From Terracidiphilus sp. (lineage in GTDB: Bacteria; Acidobacteriota; Terriglobia; Terriglobales; Acidobacteriaceae): a stretch of 64,000 nt of DNA. Below the pieces are notes generated by a model. The model was given only the letters and a program-made list of their open reading frames with translations. It had not been told where the DNA came from and made no database searches. Below, piece by piece: positions 49,910 to 59,685 of the stretch. The position numbers were made by a program, and so were the translations under genes. Numbering within the stretch: position 1 is the stretch's first letter; every line of letters starts with the position of its first letter. Location: assembly GCA_049976805.1 (NCBI GenBank), contig JBMFHN010000001.1:1265-65264 (forward strand), written 5' to 3'.

Positions 49910-50743
49910 TCAGCGCGCGTCCGTGGCGCGATGTCCGCTGGCGTTGAGGGCCGCCGCCTCTTCGGCGCCGCTCGAGCCGGGGGCAGGATGACCGGCGGGA
50001 TCTTCACCCGACTCTGTCTTGCGGGCCAGTACGCAATCCATCTCCAGCATCAGCAGGTCGCCGGCCACGCGGGTCACCGGCACAAAGTCCACCACGCCAA
50101 AGCCGCGGCGCTCGAACTCGTTCAGAGATTCGGCGTAGTTCGGCATTCCGTGATAAATCGGCACGAACGACAGCTCGGTTTGCGCCCCCAGAACATGGTC
50201 GAGAACCCTCTCGGCACCGCGCAGGACCTCCAGATCATAGCCCTGGGTGTCCAGCTTGAGATAGATGCGCCGCGCCGCGACGCCCTCCATGCACTCGGTG
50301 AAGATCGAGTCCAGGCGCCGAAGCTCGACGGTTTCCGTGCCGATTGCCCGGTTCATCGGCAGCGTTTTCGAGGGGCCGAGGGGAACCAGAAACGAGTTCA
50401 GAAAATGGCTCTCGCCAATCTGCATCTCCGCCTGTCCGTCGGATGCGCCCAGGGCGCAGGGAAATGCCTTCCACGGAGGGCTCGCGGCGGCGTGGCGGGC
50501 CAGAACCTCGAAGGAAGCGCGGACGGGTTCAAAGGAAAGGATCCACCCCTTATAGCCGATTTCGCGGAGCTGGTCGCCATATTGTCCGCGGTTGGCCCCG
50601 ACATCGAGGACGCAGTCGATGGCCAGCCGATCGAGCACCCGCAGCAACGCCTCGCGCGCGCGTGCCCAGTCACTCGGCGGGTAGGGAACCAGATCGTAGC
50701 CCAGCGAGCGCAGGAATTTTCGCAAAAACTCCATTTTCTTCAT
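49910..50743 (-). CDS. FkbM-family SAM-dependent methyltransferase
   Basis: VLDVGANRGQYGD...ILSFEP...ALGASDG and the downstream pattern typical of FkbM. I prefer the ATG at 50743 (GGTGAGGA upstream). Confidence 0.75.
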   Translation of the reverse strand: MKKMEFLRKFLRSLGYDLVPYPPSDWARAREALLRVLDRLAIDCVLDVGANRGQYGDQLREIGYKGWILSFEPVRASFEVLARHAAASPPWKAFPCALGASDGQAEMQIGESHFLNSFLVPLGPSKTLPMNRAIGTETVELRRLDSIFTECMEGVAARRIYLKLDTQGYDLEVLRGAERVLDHVLGAQTELSFVPIYHGMPNYAESLNEFERRGFGVVDFVPVTRVAGDLLMLEMDCVLARKTESGEDPAGHPAPGSSGAEEAAALNASGHRATDAR

Positions 50744-51207
50744 GAAGTTATCCTCACCTGCTGACAAAATTCTACACTTGATTCTGCAGGAGGAAACTGC
50801 GGCGAAGGGCGCGGCCCGGCGCACCGTCTGGCCGCGTCCGGGAATCGGTTTTGGCCGGTTGCGGGGCGCAATTTCCACATGTCCTGCCGATTCGCCGTAC
50901 CGGCGAAATAGCCGGCAAAAAAGAATTCATCGCATCACCCTGTCCGGAATTGACGCGGGAAGCAAATCGCGCTACGCTCAGCGCAGATACCGGATTTGGT
51001 CGCTTACGCCAACCCGTATGGTCGCGCCTCAGCCCTGAGCTTCGGCTCGGTTCCGCATCGAGTTCTGCCCATTCTCCTTCTTTCAGAAAATTCCCAACAC
51101 GCGCCCGGGGGCGCCGCGACTGGATTTTGCGTTTTTTCGCACGCTCGATCCAGCGCATTCGCTCCGTCCGCTTTCCACCGGCTCATTCCTGGAGGCCATC
51201 GAAACCC

Positions 51208-52257
<1,050 letters not shown>

Positions 52258-52319
52258 ATCAGAGCTTCGCGTAGAATTGAAAGTGAAACGGAGCCGCGTG
52301 CGGTGCGGTTCCGGGCACG

Positions 52320-52844
52320 ATGATTCTCTTTGATCCAGACCTGGAACTCGGCCCCGCGCCGGAATCGGCCTCAGCGGAGCAAGGATGTGCGTCCGTTTCC
52401 GCCGTTTTTCCCAAATCTCTCCGTCTTCCCTCAGCCCGTACTCTGGGGCGCTTTCTTGCCGAGGCGCAGGCAGCCGCTCGCCTGCGCGGCGAGGTCGACG
52501 TCCAACTGACCACGGATCGGGCGATCCGGCGGCTCAACCGCCAGTTCCGCGGCAAGAACAAGACGACCGACGTGCTCTCGTTTCCCGCCGGCGGCATGGG
52601 GGCCGAAGGAATCGCCGGCGACTTGGCCATCAGCGTGGATACGGCGCGCCGGCAGGCCGCCGAACAGGGCCATCGGCTCTCGGTTGAGATCAAGGTGCTG
52701 ATCCTGCACGGACTGCTGCACCTGGCCGGTTACGACCATGAGACGGACGACGGCCGCATGGCGCGGCGCGAACGCCTGCTGCGGGCGCGGCTCGGCCTGC
52801 CGCAGGGGTTGATCGAACGCGCATCCGGAGAAGAACGGCCATGA
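52320..52844 (+). CDS. ybeY: rRNA maturation endoribonuclease YbeY
   Basis: Zinc motif HGLLHLAGYDH, and its position between phoH and corC. Confidence 0.85.
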   Translation: MILFDPDLELGPAPESASAEQGCASVSAVFPKSLRLPSARTLGRFLAEAQAAARLRGEVDVQLTTDRAIRRLNRQFRGKNKTTDVLSFPAGGMGAEGIAGDLAISVDTARRQAAEQGHRLSVEIKVLILHGLLHLAGYDHETDDGRMARRERLLRARLGLPQGLIERASGEERP

Positions 52845-54166
52845 CCGTTTCTTTTCTCCTTTCTCTTGTCTTTCTTGCCGCCGTCGAAACGCTGGCCTCC
52901 TACATCAGCCGCGTCCATGCGGAGTTCGGCAAGATCCTGACCGGAGATATCGAGGAGAATCTCGATGCCTGGGAGGAACTGGTCGAGCCGCAACTGGGCC
53001 TGAGCCGCGAACACGCGGCGATCTGCGCGGCCATTCTTCAGCAGCTTGCGCTGGGCCTGATCGCTCTCGAATGCGGCGCGTTCCTCTTCGACCGCGCGCC
53101 GCACCTGGGTCCTCCGACCTATGCCGAGATTGCCCAGGCCGTTCTGGCCGTGGTGCTGGTGGTTGTCTTCTGCAACCAGCTTTTGCCCGCGATGCTGTTC
53201 AGCCGCACCCGGGGCCGCTGGGCGGCGCGGCTGATCTGGCCGATTCGCTTCCTGCTCTGGATGGCGACGCCGATCAGTGTTTTCGTGCGTTTCTTTTTCT
53301 CGGTTGCATCCTTGGCCGAGGCTCCGGCCAGCCCGGAACAGGAAACCGCCGGCGACGTTGAGGCGCTGCTCGAAGCGGGCGAAGAGGAGGGCATTCTCGA
53401 AGAAAGCGACCGCGAGCTGGTCCGCTCCGCCGTCGAGTTCGGCGACAAGCTGGTGCGCGAGGTGATGACCCCGCGCCCGAAGGTCTTCGCCGTGCCCGAG
53501 TCGACCACGCTTGAAAGGTTTCTCGAACGGCTCAAAGAAAACAACTTTTCCCGCGTGCCTGTCTACTCCGGATCGCTCGACAACATTACCGGCATTGCCT
53601 TTGCCCACGACCTGCTGCAGATCACCGACGAGGAGGCCCGCACCCGCACTGTGGCTTCCATCGTGCGCGAGGCAGTCTTCGTTCCCGAAACCAAGCGCGG
53701 TTACGAACTGCTGCGCGAGATGCAGCGGGAAAAACAGCACATGCGCATCGTCATCGACGAGTACGGCGGCGTCAGCGGCCTGGTCACCATCGAAGACCTG
53801 CTCGAGCAAATCGTCGGCGACATTCAGGACGAACACGAAGAAGACGCCCTGCACGAAGATCCGGAGCGCGAGTCCGGCGGCATCTGGCTGGTGCCCGGCA
53901 GTTTTCCGATCGATCAATTGCCCGATCTGTTTGGCAATCCGGCGGAGCTGGCCGATCTGGGCAACGGTTACGAAGCCACCACACTGGGCGGGCTGGCCTG
54001 CGAAGTCGAAGGCCGCATTCCGCTGGCCGGCGAGGTGGTTCTGCTTCGATCCGCCGGTCTGCGCATGGAGGTCGTCGCCTCGACTGACCGGTGTGTCGAG
54101 CGGCTGCGGGTCTTTCCTCCGGAGGGCAAGGAGATCCCGGCGCCGGAGGCCGCGGAGGGTTCCTGA
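52841..54166 (+). CDS. corC: CNNM/CorC-HlyC family membrane protein (DUF21, CBS pair and CorC_HlyC domains)
   Basis: N-terminal TM segments, CBS region VREVMTPR, and IVIDEYGGVSGLVTIEDLLEQIVGDIQDE. Its ATG overlaps the ybeY stop as ATGA. Confidence 0.85.
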   Translation: MTVSFLLSLVFLAAVETLASYISRVHAEFGKILTGDIEENLDAWEELVEPQLGLSREHAAICAAILQQLALGLIALECGAFLFDRAPHLGPPTYAEIAQAVLAVVLVVVFCNQLLPAMLFSRTRGRWAARLIWPIRFLLWMATPISVFVRFFFSVASLAEAPASPEQETAGDVEALLEAGEEEGILEESDRELVRSAVEFGDKLVREVMTPRPKVFAVPESTTLERFLERLKENNFSRVPVYSGSLDNITGIAFAHDLLQITDEEARTRTVASIVREAVFVPETKRGYELLREMQREKQHMRIVIDEYGGVSGLVTIEDLLEQIVGDIQDEHEEDALHEDPERESGGIWLVPGSFPIDQLPDLFGNPAELADLGNGYEATTLGGLACEVEGRIPLAGEVVLLRSAGLRMEVVASTDRCVERLRVFPPEGKEIPAPEAAEGS

Positions 54167-54231
54167 GCCGAGGCCCCGGACGCTGCGGCAGGCAGCCGCA
54201 GCCGCCCGGCAGGAAACGATCCGAAGACGAA

Positions 54232-54777
54232 TCAGCCGGAGACGCTGAGAGCCAGACGCAGCAGGACATAGACCAGCACGCCGGTCACCGAGACGTAGAG
54301 CCACAGGGGGAAGGTCCAGCGGGCGATCCGGCGGTGCTGCGGAATGCGGCCGGTGAGGGAAAAGATAAAGGTAATCAGGACGAGGGGCAGCGCGGCGGTG
54401 GCCAGAAGAATGTGGCTGGCCAGCAGCGGCAGATAGACCATGCGCAGGGGGGCGTGACGGGGGTAAAGGATGTCGCCATGCAGGTAGTGATGGAGCATGT
54501 AGCTGGCCAGAAAAAGAACGGAACAGCCGAAAGCGGCGAGCATCGAAGCACGGTGGGCGGCGATGCGCCGGGCACGGATGAAGGTGAATCCGATGAGCAG
54601 GGCGATGGCGCTCAGGCCATTCAAAACGGCATTGAGGGCGGGCAGGAAGGACATCCGCGCGTGGCCGGCGTCGGCGGCCGGGTGAAGATAGATGAGCCAG
54701 AGCAGGAAGAGGCTGGCCACCGCGCTGAGAACGAGGATGGCGAGGATGGAGGATCGGACGCTGGCGGCAGATTTCAT
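54232..54777 (-). CDS. DUF420 family membrane protein (frequently linked to heme a/o and oxidase genes)
   Basis: Four TM helices, NAVLNGLSAIALLIGFTFIRARRIAAHRASM and LASHILLA...PLVL. ATG at 54777, immediately after the ctaB stop. Confidence 0.7.
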   Translation of the reverse strand: MKSAASVRSSILAILVLSAVASLFLLWLIYLHPAADAGHARMSFLPALNAVLNGLSAIALLIGFTFIRARRIAAHRASMLAAFGCSVLFLASYMLHHYLHGDILYPRHAPLRMVYLPLLASHILLATAALPLVLITFIFSLTGRIPQHRRIARWTFPLWLYVSVTGVLVYVLLRLALSVSG

Positions 54778-54784
54778 GGCGTCC

Positions 54785-55765
54785 TCAGCGTGATCTTCCG
54801 GCGCACAGCATGAGCGCGGTGAAGAGCAGGGGCAGGTAAAGAACGCTGACCTTGAGCAGATCGCGGGCGGCCATGCGGTTTTCTGCTTCCGAGGCGGCAC
54901 GAAGAATGCGCGCGAAACGGAGGGTATAAACCAGGTAGACCAGACCCAGCGCCGCGGCCAGCATGGCATACGTGAAACCGGCCAGTCCGAGCCGCCAGGG
55001 AAGCAGGCTGACGGGAATCATCAGGACGGCGAAGAACAACGCCACGGCGACGGTCGACCAGCCGTCGGGCCGGACGGCTGGTAACATGCGGATACCGGCG
55101 TGGGCGTAGTCGTCACGGTAAAGCCAGGCGATGGACATGAAGTGGGGAAACTGCCAAACAAAAAGAATGGCGAAGAGGGCAAGAGCCGTTTCCTCGATGC
55201 GTCCGCGGGCGGCGGTCCAGCCGAGCAGCGGACCCATGGCGCCGGGAAATGCGCCGACGAAGGTGGCCAGGGGAGTGAGACGCTTGAGCGGCGTGTAAAC
55301 GGCGGCGTAAAGGAAGACGGTCAGCAGCGCCATGGCTGTGGTGAGTGGATTGGTGGTCAAGAGCAGCCAGACGGCGCCGAGCGCGAGCGCTCCCCAGGCG
55401 GCCAGCATTCCCTGGGTCAGCGTGAAGCGGCCGGTGGCCATCGGCCGGTCGGCGGTGCGCCGCATCAACGCATCGGTCCGGCGCTCGATCACCTCGTTCA
55501 GCGCGCCGGCTCCGGCCGAAACCAGACCGATGCCCAGCAGCGCATCGATCAGGCCACGCTGCAGGCTGGAAACGCCGGACTCGATCGAGCCCAGATAATA
55601 GCCTCCCCAAGCGGTGACCAGCACCAGGCCGACGACCTTGAGCTTGAACAGTTCGCGAAGATCGTGAAGGAGCGTCGCCGTCGAGCCCGGCTGCGGGACG
55701 TGGAGGTGGCCGGGCCCGTGCGTTGCGAGCCTTGCGGAAGCCGCGGCCTGGGGAGCGGAAGTCAT
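54785..55765 (-). CDS. ctaB: Protoheme IX farnesyltransferase (heme O synthase)
   Basis: UbiA-family pattern: LKVVGLVLVTAWGGYYLG, NEVIERRTDALMRRTADRPMATG, YRDDYAHAGIRMLP. Confidence 0.9.
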   Translation of the reverse strand: MTSAPQAAASARLATHGPGHLHVPQPGSTATLLHDLRELFKLKVVGLVLVTAWGGYYLGSIESGVSSLQRGLIDALLGIGLVSAGAGALNEVIERRTDALMRRTADRPMATGRFTLTQGMLAAWGALALGAVWLLLTTNPLTTAMALLTVFLYAAVYTPLKRLTPLATFVGAFPGAMGPLLGWTAARGRIEETALALFAILFVWQFPHFMSIAWLYRDDYAHAGIRMLPAVRPDGWSTVAVALFFAVLMIPVSLLPWRLGLAGFTYAMLAAALGLVYLVYTLRFARILRAASEAENRMAARDLLKVSVLYLPLLFTALMLCAGRSR

Positions 55766-55928
55766 CGGGAAGGGAAAACCTCAATGCCGGGGAATCGAAT
55801 GTGGCCGCTGGCGGAGGAAAACCCGGAGCTGGCCGGTTGTGCCCGAAAAGGAAGGCCTAAGCGGCGTTCTCTCAACAGAATCCCGATGGACGAACGCAAG
55901 CGGCCGGTGGCGGCTTCTTCCCCGGGGT

Positions 55929-56684
55929 TCACTGTCTGCCGAAGCGGTACACCATACCGGTCGTGAAGCCGAGGCTGTTCTGTGTTGTCGAACCGAAGCC
56001 GGACAGAAAGTACTCGGGGGCGAGGCGCAGACCCACGCGCGGCGTCAGATTGTACTCGACGGGAATGCTGATGCTGGCCGCATAGGTGCTGCCGTCCGGC
56101 CAAAGTCCCAGCTGGGCCGGCTTGTAGGGACCGAGATCTCCGGAGAAATTTCCGTAGATAACACCGGCCATCACCCGGCCGGAGACCGAGAACTTGGGCT
56201 GTACATAAAAGCGATACATGGGCCCCACCAGAGCCGCATACTCGCTGATGGCGGGATTGGTGATGGCGCTGTTGGTCAAAGCATTGTTATAGACATAAGC
56301 GGTGGCGAAATAGCCGCGGCCATCGGCGGTTATGCCCAGCCGCTCGTTGAAATAGCGTGTGATGCCGAAGTTCCAGGCGTATTCGTGGGCGCGTTCAAGC
56401 GTGGCGCCGGGGGTAAAACGGAGGTAGCCCATGCCGAAATAGCCCTCGTAGCGGTGATCGTAGGCGGCGTGGATGGCCGCGGCGCGTCGCTGTTCGCGGC
56501 GGGCGCGGATACGGGCCTCGACGCTCATCGGCCCTGTGGTCGGGGCATAGGTTTGTTGCGGACTGGCCTGATCCGGAGACGAAACCCCGGTGTTGCTGCT
56601 TGAGCTCGAACTTTGAGCCAGACCGGCGGTCGCTGCGGCCAGACCCAACGCCAGCAGAAGGGCTAGATTGCGAGAAGAAGACAT
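55929..56684 (-). CDS. Outer-membrane beta-barrel protein (OmpA-like 8-10 strand barrel type), hypothetical
   Basis: Signal peptide MSSSRNLALLLALGLAAATAGLAQS. Alternating aromatic/Gly beta-strand pattern, with the last strand ending GMVYRFGRQ. ATG at 56684 with GGAGG upstream. Confidence 0.6.
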   Translation of the reverse strand: MSSSRNLALLLALGLAAATAGLAQSSSSSSNTGVSSPDQASPQQTYAPTTGPMSVEARIRARREQRRAAAIHAAYDHRYEGYFGMGYLRFTPGATLERAHEYAWNFGITRYFNERLGITADGRGYFATAYVYNNALTNSAITNPAISEYAALVGPMYRFYVQPKFSVSGRVMAGVIYGNFSGDLGPYKPAQLGLWPDGSTYAASISIPVEYNLTPRVGLRLAPEYFLSGFGSTTQNSLGFTTGMVYRFGRQ

Positions 56685-56851
56685 CGGTTTGCGATTACCT
56701 CCGCGGGAGGGCCAAAGCCGGCCGCCCATCCCCGCAGGCAGCGCTCCCCCCTTCTTGGTATTAAAACACTTCGGGGAGGGAGGAAGCGCTGGGCCTCCGA
56801 ACGGCGCCCATTGTCCCGGCGCGGCGAATTTCGAAGACCCGGCCGGGCGAC

Positions 56852-57604
56852 TCACTGGATCACGGCAAGATCGGCTTCAAGCTGCTGCAGGTTGAAGCCC
56901 TCGGGCGATCCCTTGGCCCCGATCCAGTCCGGCGAGAGCAGTGCGTGGGCCTCGTCGCAATAGGAGCTCCAGAAGGCCGTGGTCATCTTCTTCAGAACAC
57001 CCCAGGTGACGCAGGTAAAGCCGTTCTGATCATAGGATGGAACGAAGACTGCGTGACCGCCCCAGCTTCCCGCCTGCGTGTTCCCGCTGCCGTTGTCCGG
57101 AACGACATCCCACACATCCTGCGTCTGCGCAGTCAGCGGCAACGCCAAACCGATGTAGACGCCGCCGAAGAGGTTGATGGCCTGGCGGATTTCGGTCAGA
57201 TCGGCAACGGCCGGATCAGCAAACGCCAGCAGCTTGTGTCCGTCCAGCCCATCCTGCCGGAAGTCATTCAGCACGTCCAGTTCGATGCCGCCCTGATCGG
57301 TCGAGGGATCGCCGGGAACGTATCCGTCCCACTGCTCGTAAGCCGTGAGGATGGCCGAATCAGGCACGGTCTGTTCGGTGGTGGTGTTGGCCGTCCACAC
57401 CTGGATGGCGTGGCCGAGACCGGCGATGGTGCAGTCCCCGAGCTGGTCATTGAGCATCATGCCCCATGCGGTGATGCCCCGGGTCCAGTCAGCGGATGGA
57501 GGCGGCGCGGGAAGCGCCGGAGTCAGGTAGCGGGCCAGGCGCAGGGTGCGGCTGTCGGTTTTGATGGCCTTGCGGCCCAGTTTCATTTGCGAGTGATCTG
57601 CCAT
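56852..57604 (-). CDS. Hypothetical protein with a papain-like Cys/His signature
   Basis: 250 aa, no signal peptide. LGDCTIAGLGHAI (candidate nucleophile Cys) and AGSWGGHAVFV (candidate His), in the order and spacing of C1/C39-like thiol peptidases. Confidence 0.5.
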   Translation of the reverse strand: MADHSQMKLGRKAIKTDSRTLRLARYLTPALPAPPPSADWTRGITAWGMMLNDQLGDCTIAGLGHAIQVWTANTTTEQTVPDSAILTAYEQWDGYVPGDPSTDQGGIELDVLNDFRQDGLDGHKLLAFADPAVADLTEIRQAINLFGGVYIGLALPLTAQTQDVWDVVPDNGSGNTQAGSWGGHAVFVPSYDQNGFTCVTWGVLKKMTTAFWSSYCDEAHALLSPDWIGAKGSPEGFNLQQLEADLAVIQ

Positions 57605-57790
57605 GGGAACTCCTTTTTCTTTGTGGAAGGAGACGACACGCCGGCGTGGAACCTGTCGCGCTCATCCGCCGGGCGCAGTCCGGCCGTTCTTTCGATTTTC
57701 TATTTCTCCTTATAACGGAATCCCGGCTATTTTCTGCAGAAGGTGCGGCAAAAATACTCTACGATGTAGAACACGGAGGTGGAAACGACG

Positions 57791-58360
57791 ATGGCGAGGA
57801 TCTTGCTGGGAGTTCTGCTGGGAATTGTGCTCGTTCCGATCACCCTGCTGGCGTGGCTGCGGTTTGGCTGGGTTCCGGTGGCGGTTGCCGACCCGCCGTT
57901 GCCCTATGAGCGGCAGCTGACAGGGATGGCGCTCCATGCGCGCATTGCACGCGAGATGGTGAAGACGCCGCCCATCCAGGCCGACGGGGGCAATCTTGTG
58001 GCAGGTGCCGAGATCTACCGCGACCACTGCGCCGGCTGCCACGGATTTTTCGGCAAGCCTTCGCAACTGGGCTCACGCATGTTTCCCTTCGCGCCGCAAC
58101 TCTGGCAACAGCACACCGACAGCACCGCCGTGGGTGTCAGCGACGACCCTCCGGGCGAGACGTACTGGAAGGTGGCCAACGGCATCCGGCTGACCGGCAT
58201 GCCGTCGTTTCAGGGCGCGCTGAGCAGCAATGAGATGTGGCAGGTGAGCCTGCTGCTGTCCCGCGCCGACAAGCCGCTGCCGCCGGAGGCAGACGCGATC
58301 CTGAGCGGCCAGACAGCGGCGCCGCCAGAGACGACTTCCGGCACGGCGGCAACCCGCTGA
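57791..58360 (+). CDS. Membrane-anchored class I c-type cytochrome
   Basis: N-terminal TM helix ILLGVLLGIVLVPITLLAWL, heme motif CAGCHG, distal MPSF. The ATG at 57791 follows GGAGG. Confidence 0.75.
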   Translation: MARILLGVLLGIVLVPITLLAWLRFGWVPVAVADPPLPYERQLTGMALHARIAREMVKTPPIQADGGNLVAGAEIYRDHCAGCHGFFGKPSQLGSRMFPFAPQLWQQHTDSTAVGVSDDPPGETYWKVANGIRLTGMPSFQGALSSNEMWQVSLLLSRADKPLPPEADAILSGQTAAPPETTSGTAATR

Positions 58361-58453
58361 TCCGCCGCTCAAAAACACGGCAGGCTGCAAAGGCTCAGAG
58401 AGGGCGGATTGCAGAATACGGAACGCGAAGAGAGAAGTTGCTAAAATTGGAGC

Positions 58454-59500
58454 ATGCCGCTGACCCGCCAAGAGGCTCTCGACCGCTTCCGCTCGCCCGA
58501 CCTGATCGGGCTGGGATTTGAAGCCGATGCCGTACGGCGGCGCCTGCACCCGGAGGGCGTCGTCACCTACATCATCGACCGCAATATCAACTACACGAAC
58601 TTCTGCACGGAGTATTGCAGCTTCTGCGCCTTCTACCGTCCCCTCACGGGCGCGCGGTCGGAGGAAGGCTACCTGCTCGATTTCGAGAAGATCTGCGGGA
58701 AGATTGCCGAGACGGTGGAGATGGGCGGCACCGGCGTGCTGATGCAGGGCGGCATCCATCCGGAACTGAAGATCGACTGGTTCGAGCGGCTCTTCAGCGG
58801 TATCAAGCAGCGCTTTCCGCAGATCTGGCTGCACTGCCTGTCGGCTTCCGAGGTGCTGGCCATCGCCGAGTACTCGAATCTCGACCTGCGCACGACGATC
58901 GCGCGGCTGCGTGATGCCGGACTCGACTCGATTCCCGGCGGCGGCGCGGAGATTCTCGACGACGAGGTCCGCCGGCGCATTGCGCGGCTGAAATGCAACA
59001 CGGAGGAGTGGGTCAGCGTCCATCGCACCGCCCACCAGTTGGGGATGCGCACCACAGCCACCATGATGTTCGGCGTGGGCGAGAGCTACGAGCAGCGCAT
59101 CAACCATTTTGAAGTAGTCCGCCGCCTGCAGGAAGAGACCGGCGGATTCACGGCCTTCATTCCCTGGAGCTTTCAGCCGAAGCACACCGCACTGGGCGGC
59201 CATGGCTGGGATGAAGCGACGAGCGTCGAATATCTCAAGGTTCTGGCCATCGCGCGGCTCTATCTCGATAACATCGAGAACGTGCAGGCCAGTTGGGTTA
59301 CGCAGGGGCTGAAAGTCCTGGAGCTGGGTCTGCATTTCGGCGGCAACGACGTCGGCTCGGTGATGCTCGAAGAGAATGTCGTGAAGGCCGCGGGAACATC
59401 GAACCGCACGACCGAGGAAGAGTTGCGGCGCATCATCCGCGACGCCGGATTCAAGCCGATGCAAAGAGATACGCTGTATCGGACCTTTTTCTTGAACTGA
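58454..59500 (+). CDS. Radical SAM enzyme of the futalosine menaquinone pathway (MqnC/MqnE family)
   Basis: NINYTNFCTEYCSFCAFY (CxxxCxxC), GGTGVLMQGG, and full-length resemblance to the dehypoxanthine futalosine cyclase / aminofutalosine synthase family. I cannot separate MqnC from MqnE by eye. Confidence 0.8.
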   Translation: MPLTRQEALDRFRSPDLIGLGFEADAVRRRLHPEGVVTYIIDRNINYTNFCTEYCSFCAFYRPLTGARSEEGYLLDFEKICGKIAETVEMGGTGVLMQGGIHPELKIDWFERLFSGIKQRFPQIWLHCLSASEVLAIAEYSNLDLRTTIARLRDAGLDSIPGGGAEILDDEVRRRIARLKCNTEEWVSVHRTAHQLGMRTTATMMFGVGESYEQRINHFEVVRRLQEETGGFTAFIPWSFQPKHTALGGHGWDEATSVEYLKVLAIARLYLDNIENVQASWVTQGLKVLELGLHFGGNDVGSVMLEENVVKAAGTSNRTTEEELRRIIRDAGFKPMQRDTLYRTFFLN

Positions 59501-59685
59501 GGCGCGCGCGAGGACGATTCCGGGCTGGTTTGTCTCCTGCTCTGGTCAGAAATAGAATCAGCGTTCCCGCCCATTCTGAAAAGCGCGGAGAGGATGGCAA
59601 GCGCGGTTTTGCCCAATTGGAGCCCGTCGAACCGGGCACTGCCGGTATGCCGACACTGCCGCCCAGCCGTGCAACAATCGTTCTC

